Positions 27,767 to 32,000 of a stretch of DNA of 32,000 bases are shown piece after piece; the stretch's first letter is position 1; every line of letters starts with the position of its first letter. Source of the DNA: Sulfuricella sp. (GTDB lineage Bacteria; Pseudomonadota; Gammaproteobacteria; Burkholderiales; Sulfuricellaceae); assembly GCA_028713975.1 (NCBI GenBank), contig JAQTNE010000001.1, positions 252,885-284,884 of the forward strand, written 5' to 3'. Below the pieces are notes generated by a model. The model saw only the letters and a list, made by a program, of their open reading frames with translations, made no database searches and was not told the DNA's origin. The position numbers and the translations under genes are program-made.

Positions 27767-28696
27767 TTACTTTTTGCTGCCGCCGCCGAGCACATCATGC
27801 ACATAGACCGTCAACAGCTTGATCTGGTCTGCGCTCAAGCGATCGCTCCAGTTTGGCATCACGCCCTTGTTCAGACCGGAGGTGATCGTCGCCTTGACTG
27901 CCGCGACATTCTTGTCTGCCGGGCCACCTGCCTTGACATCAGTCCACAGCCAGATCTTGTCAGTCAGGTTGGCCGCACCGATGTCCTGGTTGCCCTTGCC
28001 ATCTGCACCGTGGCAGCTGAAGCAGGCACCCTTGCCATGGAACAGGTCGTTACCGGCCTGAACCTTGGCAGCATCCATGGTGTTGCCGGACAGGCTCAGC
28101 ACGTAGTTTGCCAGGCTTTCGATCTCGCCGTCATTGAGGTCGGCGCCGCCCTTGGCCGGCATGATGCCATGACGACCGCCGGTGATGGTCGCCTGAATCT
28201 TGTCGTAGGTGCCGCCATAGATCCAGTCGTCATCCACCAGGTTCGGGGCAAAGGCGAATTTGCCTTGACCACCGCTCATGTGGCAGGCGGCGCAGTTATC
28301 GGAAAACAACACCTTGCCGGCGGAGGCCACGAAGTTGTTCAACTGCGGGTCCTTGGCGATCTGCTCGTAAGGGGTAGCGGCAACCTTGTCGAAATAAGGC
28401 TTCTGCTTCTCACGGGCGTCCTGCAAGTCTTTCATCAACAAGGCGCGGGTGTTCCAGTGCGTGGTTTTCTCCACACCCTTGTCGTTCTTGTAGGTGATGG
28501 TGGTGGTACCGGTGGTGAAACCTTTGCCCACCGGCCATGCCGGGTACATCACCCAGTAGGTGATCGAAAAGATAATGGTGAAATAAAACGCCCACAGCCA
28601 CCAGTTCGGCAACGGGTTGGTGCACTCCTCCAAGTCACCGTCCCAGACGTGGCCGGTGGTTTTCGCGTTGTGAGATTGCGTGTTTCCCTGACTCAT
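27767..28696 (-). CDS. ccoP: cbb3-type cytochrome c oxidase dihaem subunit P
   Basis: Start moved to MSQGNTQSHNAKTTGHVWDGDLEE (ATG 28696, SD AAAGGAA). 309 aa. Two CxxCH motifs (CAACH, CFSCH). Confidence 0.95.
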   Translation of the reverse strand: MSQGNTQSHNAKTTGHVWDGDLEECTNPLPNWWLWAFYFTIIFSITYWVMYPAWPVGKGFTTGTTTITYKNDKGVEKTTHWNTRALLMKDLQDAREKQKPYFDKVAATPYEQIAKDPQLNNFVASAGKVLFSDNCAACHMSGGQGKFAFAPNLVDDDWIYGGTYDKIQATITGGRHGIMPAKGGADLNDGEIESLANYVLSLSGNTMDAAKVQAGNDLFHGKGACFSCHGADGKGNQDIGAANLTDKIWLWTDVKAGGPADKNVAAVKATITSGLNKGVMPNWSDRLSADQIKLLTVYVHDVLGGGSKK

Positions 28697-28733
28697 GATT
28701 GATTCCTTTGCGTCAATATTTATTCGTCTTGGC

Positions 28734-28895
28734 CTAATCGTCTTGAAAGGGCATATTCTTGTGGGACTCCAAACGCTCGCCACGCTCCTTGCTGCCATAC
28801 ACATACAGCAGGATTCCGCAGAAAGTGATGAAGAAAATCAACAGCCCTAACGGTTTGGTGTTTTCCAGCCTGGTGAACCACATTAGCCATTCCAT
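28734..28895 (-). CDS. ccoQ: cbb3-type cytochrome c oxidase small subunit Q
   Basis: Hand-translated 53 aa: MEWLMWFTRLENTKPLGLLIFFITFCGILLYVYGSKERGERLESHKNMPFQDD. SD GGGAGAA. Sits in the canonical position between ccoO and ccoP. Below the ORF-track length cutoff. Confidence 0.85.
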   Translation of the reverse strand: MEWLMWFTRLENTKPLGLLIFFITFCGILLYVYGSKERGERLESHKNMPFQDD

Positions 28896-28907
28896 AGCGT
28901 TCTCCCG

Positions 28908-29660
28908 TTAACGGAATTTCACGAAGCTGTCATTGTCGAATTTGCTGTAGTCCACCATAGTGCCGAGGACTTGCAGATAGGCCACAACCGCATCCATTTC
29001 AGTCACGTCAGCAGCGTTGCCGTCATAATTGCCGGTTTTCGCCTGCTCGATCAGATTCTTCTGTGCATCGGGAATGTGCAACTGCTTCGCCACATCCGCA
29101 CCGAATTCCTTGACGTTGTTATCAAACTCAACCTTGCTCACGGAATAAGGCACACCGGTGATGCGCAGCGCAGCCATGCGATCGCCGACATCGGAAATAT
29201 CGAGCGGAGACATCAGCCATGGATAGTTCGGCATCACCGACTCTGGCACCATCGAACGCGGTGCCATCAAATGCTGAACCTGCCACTCGTTGGAGTACTT
29301 CTTGCCGACGCGCGCCAGATCCGGCCCGGTGCGCTTGGAGCCCCACTGGAACGGATGGTCATACTGCGATTCCGCCGCCAGCGAGTAATGACCATAACGC
29401 ATCGACTCATCGCGAAACGGACGAATCATCTGCGAGTGGCACAAATAACAGCCTTCGCGGATATAGATATCGCGACCACGCAGTTCCAAAGCGCTGTAAG
29501 GACGAACCATCCGGATGCCTTCCGGCGTTCTGGCTTCCTCGATGGTGCCCTTGATGAAAAACAGCGGAACGATTTCTATCAACCCGCCAATGCTGATGGC
29601 GAACATCACCAGAACCAGCATCAGCCCCAGATTTTTTTCAATTTTTCCATGATCGATCAT
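28908..29660 (-). CDS. ccoO: cbb3-type cytochrome c oxidase monohaem subunit O
   Basis: Start moved to [17 protein letters not shown] (ATG 29660, SD AAGGAAAAG). 250 aa. CYLCH haem motif. Confidence 0.95.
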   Translation of the reverse strand: MIDHGKIEKNLGLMLVLVMFAISIGGLIEIVPLFFIKGTIEEARTPEGIRMVRPYSALELRGRDIYIREGCYLCHSQMIRPFRDESMRYGHYSLAAESQYDHPFQWGSKRTGPDLARVGKKYSNEWQVQHLMAPRSMVPESVMPNYPWLMSPLDISDVGDRMAALRITGVPYSVSKVEFDNNVKEFGADVAKQLHIPDAQKNLIEQAKTGNYDGNAADVTEMDAVVAYLQVLGTMVDYSKFDNDSFVKFR

Positions 29661-29681
29661 GATCTTTTCCTTATGCTTTTG

Positions 29682-29704
29682 GATGCCCCGCAATGCGGGG
29701 CATC
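29682..29704 (-). other. intercistronic stem-loop between ccoN and ccoO
   Basis: GATGCCCCGC-aat-GCGGGGCATC is a perfect 10-bp stem. No U-tract follows it on the coding (minus) strand. Confidence 0.6.
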
Positions 29705-29726
29705 GTCTATTTCAACCCGATCCCTG

Positions 29727-31160
29727 TTACGCCGCTTGCGGAGCCATGTCGCCGGAAGCCACACCCTTGGCCTGGCTCATGGTCATGAAGCAGTTGTAAA
29801 GCATCAGGATCATGCCGGACAGGAACACCAGGCCACCCAGTGCGCGCATCGCGTAGTAAGGATGCATGGCGGCGACGGTTTCAGCAAACGAATACTGCAG
29901 GTTGCCGAAATCGTCATAAGCGCGCCACATCAGGCCCTGCATGATGCCGGAGATCCACATCGCGGTGATGTAGAGCAGCGTACCGATCGTCGCCAGCCAG
30001 AAGTGCACGTTGATCAGCTTGAGGCTGTACATTTTGGTGTCCCACAGACGCGGCACCATATGGTAGATCGCACCGAAGGAAATCATCGCCACCCAGCCCA
30101 GCGCGCCGGAGTGCACGTGGCCGATCGTCCAGTCGGTGTAGTGCGACAGCGCATTCACGTCCTTCAGCGACATCATCGGGCCTTCAAAGGTGGACATGCC
30201 GTAGAACGACAGCGACACGATCAGGAAGCGCAACACCGGGTCGGTACGCAGCTTGTCCCAGGCGCCGGACATGGTCATGATGCCGTTGATCATACCGCCC
30301 CAGGAAGGCATCAACAGCATGATGGAGAAGGTCGCGGCCAGTGTGGAAGTCCAGTCAGGAATCGCAGTCCAGTGCAGGTGGTGCGTACCCGCCCACATGT
30401 ACATGAAAATCAGCGCCCAGAAGTGGACGATGGACAGGCGATAAGAGTAGATCGGACGGCCTGCCTGTTTCGGCACGAAGTAGTACATCATGCCGAGGAA
30501 GGCTGCGGTCAGGAAGAAGCCCACCGCATTGTGGCCGTACCACCACTGCACCATTGCATCCTGCGCGCCGGAGAACAGCGGGTAGGACTTGGTCAGGCTG
30601 ACTGGAATCGCCAGGTTGTTGAAGATATGCAGCAGCGCCACGGCCAGGATGAAAGCGAGGTAGAACCAGTTGGCCACATAAATATGCGACTCTTTACGCT
30701 TCATGATGGTGCCGATGTAGATGATGGCGTAAGTCACCCAGACCACCGCGATCAGCAAGTCAACCGGCCATTCCATTTCAGCGTATTCGCGGCCCTGGCT
30801 ATAACCCAGTACATCGCCCAGCGCAGCCAGCACGATGATCGCCTGCCAGCCCCAGAAGGTGAAGCTGGCCATGCCGTCGGACAGCAGACGGGTCTGGCAG
30901 GTGCGCTGCACAATGTAGTAACTGGTCGCGAACAGCGCGCTGCCGCCAAAACCGAAGATCACGGCGCCGGTATGAACAGGGCGCAGGCGACCGAAGGTGA
31001 TGTAGGGAAAATCAAAATTCAGAAAAGGCCATGCCAGTTCCGAGGCGATAAACACCCCGATCAGCATGCCCACCGCGCCCCAGATCAGGGCCATGATGGT
31101 AAATTTGCGAACAATATCGTAGTTATATTGCTCGCTGCTCCCTATCGCAACCGATGCCAT
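29727..31160 (-). CDS. ccoN: cbb3-type cytochrome c oxidase catalytic subunit N
   Basis: Start moved to [20 protein letters not shown] (ATG 31160, SD GAGGAGAAAAAT). 477 aa, polytopic, with conserved His ligands ([15 protein letters not shown]). Confidence 0.95.
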   Translation of the reverse strand: MASVAIGSSEQYNYDIVRKFTIMALIWGAVGMLIGVFIASELAWPFLNFDFPYITFGRLRPVHTGAVIFGFGGSALFATSYYIVQRTCQTRLLSDGMASFTFWGWQAIIVLAALGDVLGYSQGREYAEMEWPVDLLIAVVWVTYAIIYIGTIMKRKESHIYVANWFYLAFILAVALLHIFNNLAIPVSLTKSYPLFSGAQDAMVQWWYGHNAVGFFLTAAFLGMMYYFVPKQAGRPIYSYRLSIVHFWALIFMYMWAGTHHLHWTAIPDWTSTLAATFSIMLLMPSWGGMINGIMTMSGAWDKLRTDPVLRFLIVSLSFYGMSTFEGPMMSLKDVNALSHYTDWTIGHVHSGALGWVAMISFGAIYHMVPRLWDTKMYSLKLINVHFWLATIGTLLYITAMWISGIMQGLMWRAYDDFGNLQYSFAETVAAMHPYYAMRALGGLVFLSGMILMLYNCFMTMSQAKGVASGDMAPQAA

Positions 31161-31361
31161 ATTTTTCTCCTCGCTGTAAACATAAACCTGCAAATCTGCG
31201 CTCAGACACGCGACAAAGCCAGCACTACAGCTTTTCCGGCTTCCAGCGCCATATCCAGAAACACGTTCCGGCCACATCCTTCCGACGACCGGGGCACATT
31301 TCCTCAATATAGCAACTGTGCCAGAAAACGCGCTTTTTCAGCCTTTGGCACAACGGTGCCT

Positions 31362-31403
31362 AATATAGCCGCAAATACGCAAATATTCACTGACGCACGT
31401 CAA
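31362..31403 (-). promoter_or_regulatory. candidate class II FNR-dependent promoter of ccoNOQP
   Basis: Minus strand reads TTGAC-gtgc-GTCAG (31403-31390), exactly 22 nt, then TATATT (31367-31362). The box centre falls at -41.5, with a predicted start near 31355. Confidence 0.55.
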
Positions 31404-31479
31404 CCAAGTATCATTTAATCAATACCTGCGTATCCGATTAAAACACTCGGAAACCGTGGAAGTTGGTGCGGCGTAGAAA

Positions 31480-32000
31480 TCAGCCGCGAGAGATGAGTCT
31501 GAGACGATCCAGATCGAGCAACTGCACCTGCCGCCGCGCGGTGATCAGCAAGCCATCGTCCTGAAAGCGGGTGAACACGCGGCATACCGTTTCTTCGGCC
31601 ATGCCGAGATAATTGCCGATGTCACTGCGCGACATGCTCAGATTGAATAAGGTAGGGGAATAACTGCGCTTCTGGAAGCGCCGGGAGAAGCTCAGTAGAA
31701 AGGTGGCCAGGCGCTCATCGGCATTTTTTTTGCCCAGCAGCAGCATCAGATCCTGGTTGTCGATAATTTCCTGGCTCAATATTTTGAGCATCTGGTAACG
31801 GACATTAGGCATCTCTTCGCTGTAGGCTTCCAGCACTTCGAGCGGCACTTCGCACACCATGGTGGTTTCCAGCACCCGTGCTTCGCTGGTGTAGTGATCG
31901 GTGGCAAGGGCGCCCAGACCCAGCAACTCGCCGGTGACGTGGAAGCCGGTTACTTGCATCCGGCCATCATTGGTCAGAACGTAGCTTTTAGCCGAACCGC
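31480..32000 (-). CDS. fnr: Crp/Fnr-family transcriptional regulator (FNR/Anr-like), 5' end beyond the window
   Basis: The frame stays open upstream of the track's internal Met as far as the window edge (...GSAKSYVLTNDGRMQVTGFHVTGELLGLGA). C-terminal HTH is RSDIGNYLGMAEETVCRVFTRFQDDGLL. The N-terminal Cys cluster cannot be checked because it lies outside the window. Confidence 0.85.
   Translation of the reverse strand, partial: GSAKSYVLTNDGRMQVTGFHVTGELLGLGALATDHYTSEARVLETTMVCEVPLEVLEAYSEEMPNVRYQMLKILSQEIIDNQDLMLLLGKKNADERLATFLLSFSRRFQKRSYSPTLFNLSMSRSDIGNYLGMAEETVCRVFTRFQDDGLLITARRQVQLLDLDRLRLISRG

Noticed and set aside
31346-31360. The sigma54-like sequence TGGCAC-N5-TGC on the plus strand.
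   Set aside because: The GG-to-GC spacing is one nt short of the -24/-12 consensus. It also points into the 3' end of the fnr-like gene, away from any plus-strand gene. It is better explained as the palindrome GGCAC-N4-GTGCC.
28971-31418. An 815-aa ORF on the plus strand, antisense to ccoO, the spacer and ccoN. Similar long antisense ORFs lie at 26155-27570, 27620-28702, 23485-24444, 16650-17648, 15315-16352, 8254-9726 and 7590-8567.
   Set aside because: Their translations are low-complexity and rich in R/H/Q/G/A, with no motifs and no SD. Each lies exactly opposite a confidently identified gene. This is the usual stop-codon-poor shadow frame of GC-rich coding DNA.

Overview
This window looks like a GC-rich proteobacterial chromosome segment. 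The synteny (rsmD-coaD-yfhL, ftsYEX, fnr next to ccoNOQP-ccoGHIS) suggests a betaproteobacterium, but that is inference only. All calls come from reading the ORF translations and the DNA by eye; no homology search was run.

Most of the window is housekeeping:
- mutM, a YfhL-type ferredoxin, coaD and rsmD
- two tandem M16 peptidases
- ftsY-ftsE-ftsX
- a tetR-MFP-RND-OMF efflux operon
- a cytochrome b561 / 2x YceI operon
- rpoH
- a complete cbb3 oxidase locus (ccoNOQP plus ccoGHIS), ending at a 5'-truncated Crp/Fnr regulator gene

The only accessory-looking part is about 1-4850. It holds a CHRD protein, an AmmeMemoRadiSam-type radical SAM enzyme translationally coupled to a dienelactone-hydrolase-like serine hydrolase, and a convergent, overlapping phosphoribosyltransferase. 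It also holds an AT-richer divergent pair of uncharacterised Cys-rich genes, bounded by a REP-like palindromic element.

Observations worth a second look:
- the radical SAM/hydrolase/PRTase module, a possible low-oxygen module
- a perfect 25-bp REP-like hairpin inside or at the 5' end of an M16 peptidase gene
- an unannotated 26-codon hydrophobic micro-ORF downstream of ccoS
- two FNR-type class II promoters with identical geometry, at ccoN and ccoG
- a CcoH/FixH with an N-terminal multi-TM extension

No tRNA, rRNA, CRISPR array, transposase or phage gene was seen. I found no clear-cut novel system, only candidates.
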